Below, in pieces: positions 36,644 to 45,937 of a DNA stretch of 49,902 bases. The translations under genes and the position numbers were made by a program. Every line of letters starts with the position of its first letter. The stretch's first letter is position 1. Origin of the DNA: Candidatus Iainarchaeum sp. (lineage in GTDB: Archaea; Iainarchaeota; Iainarchaeia; JAGGVJ01); NCBI GenBank assembly GCA_021158055.1, contig JAGGVJ010000013.1:1-49902 (forward strand). The letters run 5' to 3'. The notes beneath the pieces were generated by a model, which made no database searches, was not told where the DNA came from, and worked only from the letters and a program-made list of their open reading frames with translations.

Positions 36644-38473
36644 ATGAAAAAAATGAAAAAAGGGCAGTTTTACATTGCAATGGCTGTATTTGTTGTCATG
36701 ATAATCGCGGTATTTTTTACCCACCTGTATTCCCTGAATAGTCTCGGCTCAAAAAAAACCATGCAGCCGGCTCAACTCGGGGACGAGGTGGCAGTTTATT
36801 CAAATATAAAGTCGCAGGTTGCGTCCCTTATTGACAATTCGTTTATTGATGAAAACAGCTCTTACAACGCACCGGACCTGGCCGGGTTTTTCAGCGACCT
36901 GGAAACTGATTTTGCAAGGCGGGGCATTGATTTCAATTATTCCTACATGGTTGACTCAAATGCTTCATCGATTGTCAGTTCAAAGATAGCAACAAGGATT
37001 TCTTCAGACGATGTTTTTTTTCACGACGAGTTTTATCTTACCCAGGCAAAAACGAAGATAGAAACCATGATATTTGCAAGGTTTTCCGGAATGCAGTATT
37101 ATGTTGCAACTTTCAAGGAATCCAAAAACGACAGGTTCGTAATATACAATCCCACAGAAAAAGACGCTAACATCAGTATTGAGTTCAAGGACGTCACAGT
37201 TGAAAACACTCTTCCCCCAAAGACAACCTGGGAGCTTTTTGCAGATGATGGCCTGAATTACAGGGACGGTTCAAAGATTGAGATAACCGGTTTTGCACTC
37301 GTGTACTTTTCACGTGAAAACGGGACGGCGGCCCCGCCAATGGACATAAGCACCACAAATTACATTGCTTTTGCTTCAAGCGGCGAATCTGACAGGCTTT
37401 ATATATTCAACCCGTCACGCACACAAGACGCCAATGCCACCATTAATTTTTGCGATGACGGTTCCTGCATCACCCAGAACATATCAATCGGCAAGTTTGA
37501 AACAGAAGAAGTGGATGTTCCAAGCATCGGGGGAGTGGAGATTATATCTGATATAGGGCTTTCTGTAATGTACGGCATTCTTTCAGGTGACGGGGTGGGG
37601 ATTGACAGTGCTGTTTTTGAACCGCAGACTGAATATTTTGCACCATACAGCAAGGTAGGAAGAGCAGTAAAATTAAGGTATTATAATCCAAGTGATACCC
37701 AAAGCGCGACTGTGAACATTTATTACAACGGGAGTTCAACCGCGAAAGTATTGAATCTCGGCCCGAATGATTTCGGATATCCCTCCACCCCGCCGGGTGC
37801 GAAAGGGGGTGCCCACATAGTTTCAGATGAGCCGATATTTGTGACTGCAAGGACAGCGGGGGAATCGGAAGCGGCTTGGTTGCAATGGTTTTTGAAGTCA
37901 GAGTACTGGTTTCCAAAGTTTGAGGACAGCAACGATGCATTGATGTTCTATAACCCCAACAATTCAGATGTGACTGTGAATGTTTTGTTTGACGATCCGC
38001 TTGCAACCGACTGGGTATATGAACTGGAAGCTTACGAATTTAAGGAACTTGGAGCTGACGGAAACTATTTCGGACCCGGCTCTATCACTTCAAGCGAAGA
38101 TCTGGTCGTGTTCCAGTATTCGGGAGGGGTTGGGGTTGGAAAGGGGCTTCAGGTGCCTATAGTCTGGCTTCCGTCACTTGCTGATATGTGCGACACGTGG
38201 ATAATGCGCTACGACATAAAACTGACGAACATGGTTACCGGGGCAGGTCTTGACGATGCCTGGATGGCTGTTGAGTTCATTGACGGCGAAACTGTCATCC
38301 ACACATCCACCACAGGAAACGGGGAAATCGTGGACATTGGAGACGGCCTTTACTCCAAGCTGCAATGGGTATGCATGCCGTCCAATAACCCAATAGATAT
38401 CAGGGTATTTGCATCTCTTCCGGGTCACGTTGACATATACAACCTGCAGGAAGGAGTAATTCCTTCTGAGTAA
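36644..38473 (+). CDS. Large pilin-like protein / putative pilus adhesin with four internal repeats
   Basis: MKKMKKG/QFYIAMAVFVVMII class III signal after an AGGTGAT SD; four (Y/F)NP..(A/V)x(I/V)x(I/V) beta-rich repeats spaced 87-92 aa. Confidence 0.8.
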   Translation: MKKMKKGQFYIAMAVFVVMIIAVFFTHLYSLNSLGSKKTMQPAQLGDEVAVYSNIKSQVASLIDNSFIDENSSYNAPDLAGFFSDLETDFARRGIDFNYSYMVDSNASSIVSSKIATRISSDDVFFHDEFYLTQAKTKIETMIFARFSGMQYYVATFKESKNDRFVIYNPTEKDANISIEFKDVTVENTLPPKTTWELFADDGLNYRDGSKIEITGFALVYFSRENGTAAPPMDISTTNYIAFASSGESDRLYIFNPSRTQDANATINFCDDGSCITQNISIGKFETEEVDVPSIGGVEIISDIGLSVMYGILSGDGVGIDSAVFEPQTEYFAPYSKVGRAVKLRYYNPSDTQSATVNIYYNGSSTAKVLNLGPNDFGYPSTPPGAKGGAHIVSDEPIFVTARTAGESEAAWLQWFLKSEYWFPKFEDSNDALMFYNPNNSDVTVNVLFDDPLATDWVYELEAYEFKELGADGNYFGPGSITSSEDLVVFQYSGGVGVGKGLQVPIVWLPSLADMCDTWIMRYDIKLTNMVTGAGLDDAWMAVEFIDGETVIHTSTTGNGEIVDIGDGLYSKLQWVCMPSNNPIDIRVFASLPGHVDIYNLQEGVIPSE

Positions 38474-38996
38474 GCAGTAGTGTAGTTGCTTGTGCGGTAA
38501 AGGCCTGCTTGTTTTGGGGTGTTTCCGGTTTTTTGAGTTGAGTTGTTCAATAATTCAATCAATATTTTTAGTTTAAAAGATAAACTGTTTTATAAGGTCT
38601 GTTTAAAGGCAGTTTTTGATTGAAATGTTGTTGTATTTTTGTTTTTTGGGTGTATTTTTGTTTTGAATGCCTGATTGCAGAGTATTCTTGTTTTGAACGC
38701 GTAAAACGTGCATTATGTTCCAAAAATGTGTTAAATAAGTAATTTTGTCTGCTTTAACAGGGAAAGTTAATGTGATATTGTGTGGAACATCCGAAGTGAT
38801 GATTATATTTTATTAAACTCAAAACATCTGAAGAATTTGAACCTGAACCGGATAAAAAAAGAAAACCTTTAAATATCACCCATTGGTTTTAAAATATATG
38901 TGGGAAAACTGAATTCAATCGTTTAAGTTGATTGGATTTAAAATCCTGCCCGAAAGATATAATAAAAAAGAAAAAAAGAGGTTTGGAGGTAGTTGT

Positions 38997-40190
38997 ATGC
39001 TTGGTTTGGTTGAAGAAGTTACAAACACACAGGTTGATTCGGGTAGGGGGGAAGAAGACACATCTGTGAAAGATTCAGTGAAGATAATGGTTGTTGGCTG
39101 TGGGGGCGCAGGAAATAACACCGTATCCCGTTTGACGAAAATGGGGATAGACAGTGCTGAAACAATAGTCATGAATACTGATGCACAGCATTTGGGCATA
39201 ACTGAAGCAGACAAAAAACTGCTTATCGGAAAAACAATTACTCAGGGAATGGGTGCAGGCGGATACCCGGAAATCGGTCGAAAATGCGCTGAAATGGACA
39301 GACAGGTCATAAAAGAAGCTCTTGAGGGCTGCGAACTTTTGTTCCTGACTGCCGGAATGGGCGGCGGAACAGGAACCGGAAGCGCACCGGTCGTTGCACA
39401 GGTTGCAAAAGAAATGGGTGCGATAGTGGTTTCAGTTGTCACTTACCCGTTCAAGCTCGAGCGCGCAAGACTTAAAAAAGCGGATGAAGGCCTGCGGGAA
39501 CTCGCAAAGGTTTCAGATACGGTCATCATACTTGACAACAACAAGCTGGTTGAATATGTCCCAAACCTCCCTATGCAACAGGCATTTCTTGTCGCAGACG
39601 AGATAGTTTCAAAGGCGATAAAAGGAATCACGGATACTATCATGTACCCGAGCCTTGTAAACATTGACTTTGCAGACATCCGCGCAATAATGCAAAACGG
39701 CGGAGTTGCGACAATCGGCCTTGGAGAAGCAAAAGGAGCAAAACGCGTTGAAGAAGTCGTTGAAAAAACACTGTCACAGCCGCTGCTTGATGTTGACTAC
39801 CGCGGAGGGACTGGTTGCTTACTGCATATAACCGGCGGAGACGACTTGGCACTCGGGGAAATAACCGAGATTGGCGAGTCAATAACTCTTGAGCTTAAAG
39901 ACGACGCTTCAGTCATCTGGGGCGCAAGGGAAGATCCGAGCATGCACGGCGGAGTAAGAGTCACTGCGATTATCATGGGTGTAAAGTCGCCTCAGATAAT
40001 GGGCAGGAGCATTTTTACAGAAGCGGATGAAACAGTTGCCGTACCGGCTGTGAGTGAGTCGGTTCTCAGAAGGCGCCGCGTCATGAACGGTGAAGAGCCT
40101 GCAATAAGAACAGTTTCCAGGCCAAGAATAAACGGCACTTCGCCTTCAATGCAGGTAACTTCTGAAATAGACGTGGAGTATATCCTCTAA
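38997..40190 (+). CDS. ftsZ: Cell division protein FtsZ (FtsZ2-like)
   Basis: [32 protein letters not shown] and SLVNIDFAD motifs; GGAGGT SD before ATG 38997. Confidence 0.97.
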   Translation: MLGLVEEVTNTQVDSGRGEEDTSVKDSVKIMVVGCGGAGNNTVSRLTKMGIDSAETIVMNTDAQHLGITEADKKLLIGKTITQGMGAGGYPEIGRKCAEMDRQVIKEALEGCELLFLTAGMGGGTGTGSAPVVAQVAKEMGAIVVSVVTYPFKLERARLKKADEGLRELAKVSDTVIILDNNKLVEYVPNLPMQQAFLVADEIVSKAIKGITDTIMYPSLVNIDFADIRAIMQNGGVATIGLGEAKGAKRVEEVVEKTLSQPLLDVDYRGGTGCLLHITGGDDLALGEITEIGESITLELKDDASVIWGAREDPSMHGGVRVTAIIMGVKSPQIMGRSIFTEADETVAVPAVSESVLRRRRVMNGEEPAIRTVSRPRINGTSPSMQVTSEIDVEYIL

Positions 40191-40236
40191 AGGATATTTC
40201 CGGCTTTTGGAAGTCTGGAAAAAACAGGTGAAATTC

Positions 40237-40470
40237 ATGAAGTTGAGTGAATACTACGGAAAAAAAATTTACGACACCAGAGGCAAGTTGCGGGGAGCAA
40301 TTCACGAGGTGGTTCTCGACATGGAGTCAGGGACCATTTCAAGCATTGCACTTGATCGCATAACCAATCTTGCCAAAGTGGGAACTAAGACAGAAGCTAA
40401 AAAGAAGCTTATTTCATACGGCAAAGTACGCAGCGCAGATGAAATTGTTTTGGTTGATATGGAAGAATAG
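40237..40470 (+). CDS. PRC-barrel protein (CdpB-like cell division protein)
   Basis: MKLSEYYGKKIYDTRG...G.I.EVVLD..SG.I...ISY..V.SADEIVLV; AGGTGA SD; directly after ftsZ. Confidence 0.85.
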   Translation: MKLSEYYGKKIYDTRGKLRGAIHEVVLDMESGTISSIALDRITNLAKVGTKTEAKKKLISYGKVRSADEIVLVDMEE

Positions 40471-40481
40471 GAGGGGGTTTT

Positions 40482-40712
40482 TTGTCCGAAATTGCGCGTC
40501 ATACTATTTCCCGAGTAATGAAAAATTTCGGGGCCGAAAGAGTCAGTGAAACCGCGGCCGATGAAATGGCGGGACTGACTGAATCATACATAAGAAGAAT
40601 TACTGAAACAGCTTCCAAGATAGCAAAACACTCCGGAAGGGTGACTGTCAAGAAAAAAGATATTGAACTGGCTGTCGATGAGCTTCACGTTGGCGTGGGG
40701 CTCTCAAGGTAA
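40482..40712 (+). CDS. Archaeal histone (HMf-like fold)
   Basis: RVMKNFGAERVSE.A and AKHSGRVTVKKKDIELA motifs; TTG start after GGAGG. Confidence 0.92.
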   Translation: MSEIARHTISRVMKNFGAERVSETAADEMAGLTESYIRRITETASKIAKHSGRVTVKKKDIELAVDELHVGVGLSR

Positions 40713-40733
40713 TTCTTGTTTAAAGGTGGCTTT

Positions 40734-41267
40734 ATGCCGGATATTTTAAACAGTTGCCTTTATGCTTTTTTTTATTTAATAGGGCTTTTGGGAGAGCCGA
40801 TTATCTGGGTTTTTATTGGGCTCATTGAGCTTGTTGTTTTTTTGAGTGTAAAAAAAGAGTTCAGGGATAAACTGAAGATAATTTCGCTTGAATTATTTTC
40901 TGCCATCTTTGTCTCGACAGCAATAGTTTCAGCGCTTAAACTTTTTTTCAGAATTCCGCGGCCTTGCTTTGGGCAGGCGTTTTGTCCCCTGGATTTTTCT
41001 TTCCCAAGCGGGCACGCGGGCGCTGCTTTTGCAGTTTTTGTTTTTCTGGCCCTGAACACAAAAAACAATTTTTACAGGGCGGGTTTGATTTTTTCAGCAG
41101 TGATCGTTACTTATTCCAGGGTTTACATAGGCGTCCACACGTGGGTTGATGTTTTTGCAGGCGCGTTCATAGGAGTGATTGTCGGAGTCGTGATCAGCTT
41201 TGTTGTAAGCTCGCACAGCAGCGCGAAAAAGTCAGCTTTGTTTGAGATGCTTAAAATCCGCAGGTGA
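40734..41267 (+). CDS. PAP2 family membrane phosphatase
   Basis: C1 KLFFRIPRP, C2 FPSGHA and C3 SRVYIGVH..DV motifs. Confidence 0.92.
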   Translation: MPDILNSCLYAFFYLIGLLGEPIIWVFIGLIELVVFLSVKKEFRDKLKIISLELFSAIFVSTAIVSALKLFFRIPRPCFGQAFCPLDFSFPSGHAGAAFAVFVFLALNTKNNFYRAGLIFSAVIVTYSRVYIGVHTWVDVFAGAFIGVIVGVVISFVVSSHSSAKKSALFEMLKIRR

Positions 41268-41323
41268 CTTAAGGCAGCAATGCAGGTAAGTTAAGGTAGC
41301 ATTGCGGGCAGGAATGCAGCAAT
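41260..41323. repeat. Degenerate 22-bp tandem repeat across the PAP2 stop
   Basis: gcaggtgacttaaggcagcaat / gcaggtaagttaaggtagcatt / gcgggcaggaatgcagcaat; the TGA stop is in unit 1. Confidence 0.7.
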
Positions 41324-41372
41324 TCAGGCAACATTGCACCTTTAAGCAGAACTGGTTTCTTTCACTTGTTTG

Positions 41373-42392
41373 CTATTTGCTGATTTTTTCAAGCGGGCTC
41401 AGCACACCTTGATTTGATTCAAAGTGTTTTCTGACCGGCTCAAGCATTTCAACCAGGTAGTCTGCAACAGAGGTTTTCAGGTCCATCGGGTGAAGGTCTT
41501 TTGACTCAAACGCTTTGCCGAGCTCTTCAATTGAAGCAAACGATACGTTTCCCCCGAATTTTTCAGGGCGTTTTACATCGAATTCCCGCTTTGATTCCTT
41601 CAAGAAGTCAAACACCAAAAGGTCTGTCCATTGGATAACCGGGTTGCCTTGAGTTTGCCCTGCAGGGCAAAAAGCGTCTGAAATTTTTTTCCTGATGACC
41701 TCTGGAGAGTCGTGAAGCATGATGTTTGTTTCAGGCTTGCTTGAAGACATCTTTCCAGTTGAAGTCAGGCCCATCAGGAGAGGGGTGTGAAACGCAACAA
41801 ACGAATAACCCTGCCTTGCAAGCATTTCACGCGCAAGCATGTGAATTTTTCTCTGTTCCATTCCGCCCATTGCAATGTCAACCCCAAGCGATTTGATGTC
41901 ATAGGCCTGCATTAGCGGGTAGACCATCTGGGACACCATTGCATTGTCAATGTCACGGGCTATTTCCTGCATGCTCCTCATCGCCCTGTTGACTGTTGTT
42001 TCAAGGCCAAGGCTCAACACGTTTTTTATGTAGTCCGGTTTGAGCTGGTAGTCTGTTCCGACCACAAAATCTGTTTTTTCCCTGTCAAGTCCCGCGGCAA
42101 TTGCGGTTTCCCGCCAGTAATCAACCATTTCTGCAATCCATTCCTCGTCTCCTTTCCTGTTCAGCCAGGTGTGAAGGTCTGCAAGCAAAAATTTTATCTT
42201 GAAACCGATTTTTTGCATCTGCTTAAGTTTCTGGATAGTGTAATAGTGACCGATGTGAACAGGACCGGAAACCTCGTACCCGGTGTAGACGACTGGATTT
42301 TTGTTTTTTTCAAGAAGCGCTTTTAACTCGTCAAGAGTCACGACTTCTTCGACTCCGCTTGTGGCAATTTCTATTTTTTCTTTCACACCCAT
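41373..42392 (-). CDS. tyrS: Tyrosyl-tRNA synthetase (archaeal type)
   Basis: YTGYEVSG.VHIGH, LLADLH, YPLMQAYD, GGMEQRKIHMLARE, KMSSS and LHPMDLK motifs. Confidence 0.97.
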   Translation of the reverse strand: MGVKEKIEIATSGVEEVVTLDELKALLEKNKNPVVYTGYEVSGPVHIGHYYTIQKLKQMQKIGFKIKFLLADLHTWLNRKGDEEWIAEMVDYWRETAIAAGLDREKTDFVVGTDYQLKPDYIKNVLSLGLETTVNRAMRSMQEIARDIDNAMVSQMVYPLMQAYDIKSLGVDIAMGGMEQRKIHMLAREMLARQGYSFVAFHTPLLMGLTSTGKMSSSKPETNIMLHDSPEVIRKKISDAFCPAGQTQGNPVIQWTDLLVFDFLKESKREFDVKRPEKFGGNVSFASIEELGKAFESKDLHPMDLKTSVADYLVEMLEPVRKHFESNQGVLSPLEKISK

Positions 42393-42586
42393 GGTTTCAC
42401 CTTTTTACCTGCAGGATAAAAGGTTGCAGGAAGTTAATAACTTTTTTGAGGGTGTTGGTTTTTTTGATTTGGAATTTGCGACGGGTAATTATGGCAAGCA
42501 ATATGCTGACAATTACATGTCTTGTTCCCGGCAAATTGCCAACCTATAAATAATCACTTTCATTTATGAATTTGTAGGTGCAAAAC

Positions 42587-44671
42587 ATGCCAAGGGATTC
42601 GTTTAAAGTTGACGTCAAAAAAACAGGCCTTGAAAAAAGCCTTGAACTTGAATGGCTTGAGACAAACGGTCTTGGAGGATATTCGTCCTCAACAGTTGTC
42701 GGGGCAAACACCCGAAAATACCACGGCCTGCTTGTGGCTGCCATGGAACCCCCGGTTGAGCGGTGGGTTCTTTTAAGCAAGCTTGAAGAAACAATTGAAA
42801 CCAACGGCGAGAAAACAGACCTTTCCACAAACATCTATCCAGACGCTGTTTATCCCCGGGGCTTCAAGGCAATGGATGGGTTTTCAAGAGATTCCTTTTC
42901 AAAAGAACCGTTTCCGACATTTGTTTTTTCTGTCGGAAAAACCACAGTTAAAAAAACCGTTTTTTTGTTTCGCCACGAAAACACGGTGGCAGTTTTGTAT
43001 GAAGTCAAAAACGCGCCGAAAAACACTGTTTTCACTGTAAGGCCTCTTGTAAACTTTCGAGGGTTCCACGACATTACTTCCTTTGACTCCTGCAGATTTG
43101 ATGTCTTTCAGCAGGCGTTTGAAAAAGGGACTTTTGCAGCGAGTTCAATGCAAAACGCACCAAAGCTTTTTTTGTCTTCAGATAAGCTTTCGTTTTCTGA
43201 AAAAGGCGAATGGTATTTCAACGCAGTTTATCCAAAGGAACGCGGGCGGGGTTATAAGTTTACAGAGGATAACTTTTGCCTGGGTGAGTTTTCAGTCCAG
43301 TTAAACGGGAAAAGCAAAAAAACCGTTCGTTTTTTTGTCCTTGCAAAAGCAATGCAACCCAGTGAAACTTTGAAAAAATGCAGGAAAGAAGTTGCGCTTG
43401 ACCTGAAAAAAATTGATTCTTTGATGGCTCGGGAAAGACAAAGAAGAAAAGACATTGTGAAGTCCGCGCGAAAACAATGCAGGGTGAAAAACAACCGATT
43501 TTTTGATTCACTGGTCCTTGCTTCAGACCAGTTCATTGTCAAGCGCAATTCCAACGGGGGGTCCTCGATCATTGCGGGTTACCACTGGTTTGCTGACTGG
43601 GGGCGCGATGCCATGATTTCCCTGAACGGACTTGCATTGTGCACAGGGAGATTTGAGGAAGCAAAACAAATCCTTCTGGCGTTTGCCAGGCACCACAAAA
43701 ACGGAGTTCTGCCAAATAGGTTTGTTGACCGCACAAACAGCGCGCAGTACAATTCAGTTGATGTTTCCCTCTGGTTTTTTGTTGCTGTGGGGCAGCTTCT
43801 GAAAAGGACAAAGGATAAAAAGTTTGTGAAACAGCGCTTGTGGCCGGTAATGAAGAAGACCATTGATGCCTACAAAAACGGTCTGGCAGAAAACATCTCC
43901 ATGGACTTAGACGGCCTGGTAAAAACAGGTGAGGGAACGCAGCTTACATGGATGGACGCACAGCCCCCGCAAGGGAAACCCGTGACTCCGAGAAGCGGAA
44001 AACCGGTTGAAATTCAGGCGCTTTGGTTTAACGCGTTGATGATTGCATCAGGCCTTGCAGAAGAGTTTGAAAAAACCGGCACGCTCGGCAAAAAATATTT
44101 CAGGCTTGCGTCTAAGGTCAGGGAAAGTTTTAACGAAAAGTTCTGGAACGAAAAAGAACAATGCCTTTTTGACGTTGTTGACGTCGGCGGCGGAACAAGG
44201 GTCTTGGCTAAGGTGCGACCGAACCAGTTGATTGCGACGGGGCTTGAGTTTGATTTGCTTGATCCTGAAAAACTGGACAAGGTTGTGCTGAAGGCTGAAA
44301 CAGAACTTTTGAGTTCAAAAGGGCTTTTGACACTTCGCAGGAAAAATCCTGATTTCAAGGCACATTATGAGGGAGACGTGAATTTGCGGGACTCTGCATA
44401 TCACGAGGGGACAATTTGGCCTTGGCTTGCCGGACCTTATGTCAAATCACTTCTTAAAAGCAGCTGTTGTTCAAAAACAGTTCTGCTGAAGACAAAATCT
44501 TTCCTTGAAGGATTTGCTCCCGAACTGGAGCGGGGCGGTCTGGGAACAATCCCGGAGATCTTTGAAGCGGATTCCCTCATGCAAAAAGGCTGCATTGCCC
44601 AGGCGTGGAGCGTCGCGCAGTTGCTTGAAGTGTATTGTCTGGTTCTTGAAAAAATACGCGAGAGTAAATGA
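42587..44671 (+). CDS. Glycogen debranching enzyme (amylo-alpha-1,6-glucosidase)
   Basis: EWLETNGLGGY, TRKYHGLLVA, IIAGYHWF.DWGRD, LTWMDA, RPNQL, AYHEGTIWPW and QAWSVA motifs; AGGTG SD before ATG 42587. Confidence 0.93.
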   Translation: MPRDSFKVDVKKTGLEKSLELEWLETNGLGGYSSSTVVGANTRKYHGLLVAAMEPPVERWVLLSKLEETIETNGEKTDLSTNIYPDAVYPRGFKAMDGFSRDSFSKEPFPTFVFSVGKTTVKKTVFLFRHENTVAVLYEVKNAPKNTVFTVRPLVNFRGFHDITSFDSCRFDVFQQAFEKGTFAASSMQNAPKLFLSSDKLSFSEKGEWYFNAVYPKERGRGYKFTEDNFCLGEFSVQLNGKSKKTVRFFVLAKAMQPSETLKKCRKEVALDLKKIDSLMARERQRRKDIVKSARKQCRVKNNRFFDSLVLASDQFIVKRNSNGGSSIIAGYHWFADWGRDAMISLNGLALCTGRFEEAKQILLAFARHHKNGVLPNRFVDRTNSAQYNSVDVSLWFFVAVGQLLKRTKDKKFVKQRLWPVMKKTIDAYKNGLAENISMDLDGLVKTGEGTQLTWMDAQPPQGKPVTPRSGKPVEIQALWFNALMIASGLAEEFEKTGTLGKKYFRLASKVRESFNEKFWNEKEQCLFDVVDVGGGTRVLAKVRPNQLIATGLEFDLLDPEKLDKVVLKAETELLSSKGLLTLRRKNPDFKAHYEGDVNLRDSAYHEGTIWPWLAGPYVKSLLKSSCCSKTVLLKTKSFLEGFAPELERGGLGTIPEIFEADSLMQKGCIAQAWSVAQLLEVYCLVLEKIRESK

Positions 44672-44688
44672 AAAAATTTGCAGGTGCA

Positions 44689-45864
44689 TTAGATTTGCAG
44701 TTTTCTGATTCTTTCTGCCGCGTCCCGGATCATTTCAATTGTGGGCACAAGTGCGAATCTCACGAAATTTTCTCCCGGGTTCACGCCGTCAACGGTGCTG
44801 CTTAAAAACGACCCGGGTGTTGTGACAACGGCAATGTTTTCATCAAGAAGCTTTTTTGAAAACTCAACTGAAGTGTAGTTTTCCGGGACTTTTTGCCAGA
44901 TATAAAACGTGCTTTTTGGGGTGCTTTCCGGAAGCCCTATGGTTTTGAACGCGTCAAGCATTATGTCGCGTTTTTCCCTGTATTCACTGCGCATTTTTTC
45001 AACGTGCGCTTCGTCTTTGAGCGCTGCTGTCGCCGCGTCCTGGATAAATGTCGCTGTTCCTGAATCAATGTTTGCCTTTAATTTTTTGTATTTCTTTATT
45101 ATGCGCTCGTCGCCTGCAAGCCATCCGACACGGTACCCGGTCATGGCGCTTCTTTTTGAAAGGGAGTTAACGGCTACAATCCCTTCTGTTTCAAGTTCAA
45201 GTATGCTTATTGGCTTTTCATCAAAGTACATTTCAGAATACGCCTCATCAGACACGAGGATTACTTCGTTGTCAGAGCAGAAGTCAATTGCTTCTCTGAA
45301 GAATGGTTTTGTGGCCAGGGCGGTTGTGGGGTTGTTCGGGTAATTGAGCCACATGATTTTTGCTTTTTGTGCGGTTTGGGCGTCGATTTTTTCAAAGTCA
45401 GGTAAAAACCCGTTTGACTCTTCCAGGTTCATCAGAACAGGTTTTCCGTGCGCAAACAAAGTGCCTCTTTCGTAAGGGGGATACCCGGGATTCGGGGCAA
45501 GGGCGACGTCTCCCGGGTTTAAGAATGCAAGCGGGAAGTTGAATACGGCTTCTTTTGAACCGAGGCTTGAAGCGATCTGCGTGTCTGGGTCGACGTCTAC
45601 GTTGAAGCGGAACTTGTGCCACGCTGCGATTGTCTCAAGATATTCAGGCGTGCCTGCGTTTCTCGGGTACCCCGAGGATTTTCGCTTGTCTATTGCTTTT
45701 TTTATAGCGTCGCGAATGGTTTCGGGTGTCGGCGTCAACGGGTCGCCCACGCCGAAGTCTATGACGTCTATTCCTCTTGCCTTTAGATTGTCCCGCATCT
45801 TGTCCACTTCATCGAAAGCGTAAGTCCCGATTGATTCCATAACTTCGTTTGCCTTTACATCCAA
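44689..45864 (-). CDS. dapL: PLP-dependent class I/II aminotransferase, probable LL-diaminopimelate aminotransferase
   Basis: DFGVGDP, GSKEA, PGYPPY, LNYPNNPT, SDEAYSE and SLSKRSAMTGYRVG motifs; directly downstream of dapB-dapA. A DapC-type specificity is not excluded. Confidence 0.75.
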   Translation of the reverse strand: MDVKANEVMESIGTYAFDEVDKMRDNLKARGIDVIDFGVGDPLTPTPETIRDAIKKAIDKRKSSGYPRNAGTPEYLETIAAWHKFRFNVDVDPDTQIASSLGSKEAVFNFPLAFLNPGDVALAPNPGYPPYERGTLFAHGKPVLMNLEESNGFLPDFEKIDAQTAQKAKIMWLNYPNNPTTALATKPFFREAIDFCSDNEVILVSDEAYSEMYFDEKPISILELETEGIVAVNSLSKRSAMTGYRVGWLAGDERIIKKYKKLKANIDSGTATFIQDAATAALKDEAHVEKMRSEYREKRDIMLDAFKTIGLPESTPKSTFYIWQKVPENYTSVEFSKKLLDENIAVVTTPGSFLSSTVDGVNPGENFVRFALVPTIEMIRDAAERIRKLQI

Positions 45865-45937
45865 AATTCCACACCCTTTCCTGTTTACTTTTTTGCCTTT
45901 TTTTTGTTCTTTTTTTTATATGAGATTCAAATTTCTT

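Noticed and set aside
38474-38996. Hidden small gene (e.g. cdrS) or ncRNA in the long spacer before ftsZ
   Set aside because: I found only very short ORFs and degenerate gtatttttgttttg repeats. It is AT-rich with no convincing stable structure, though a covariance search was not possible.
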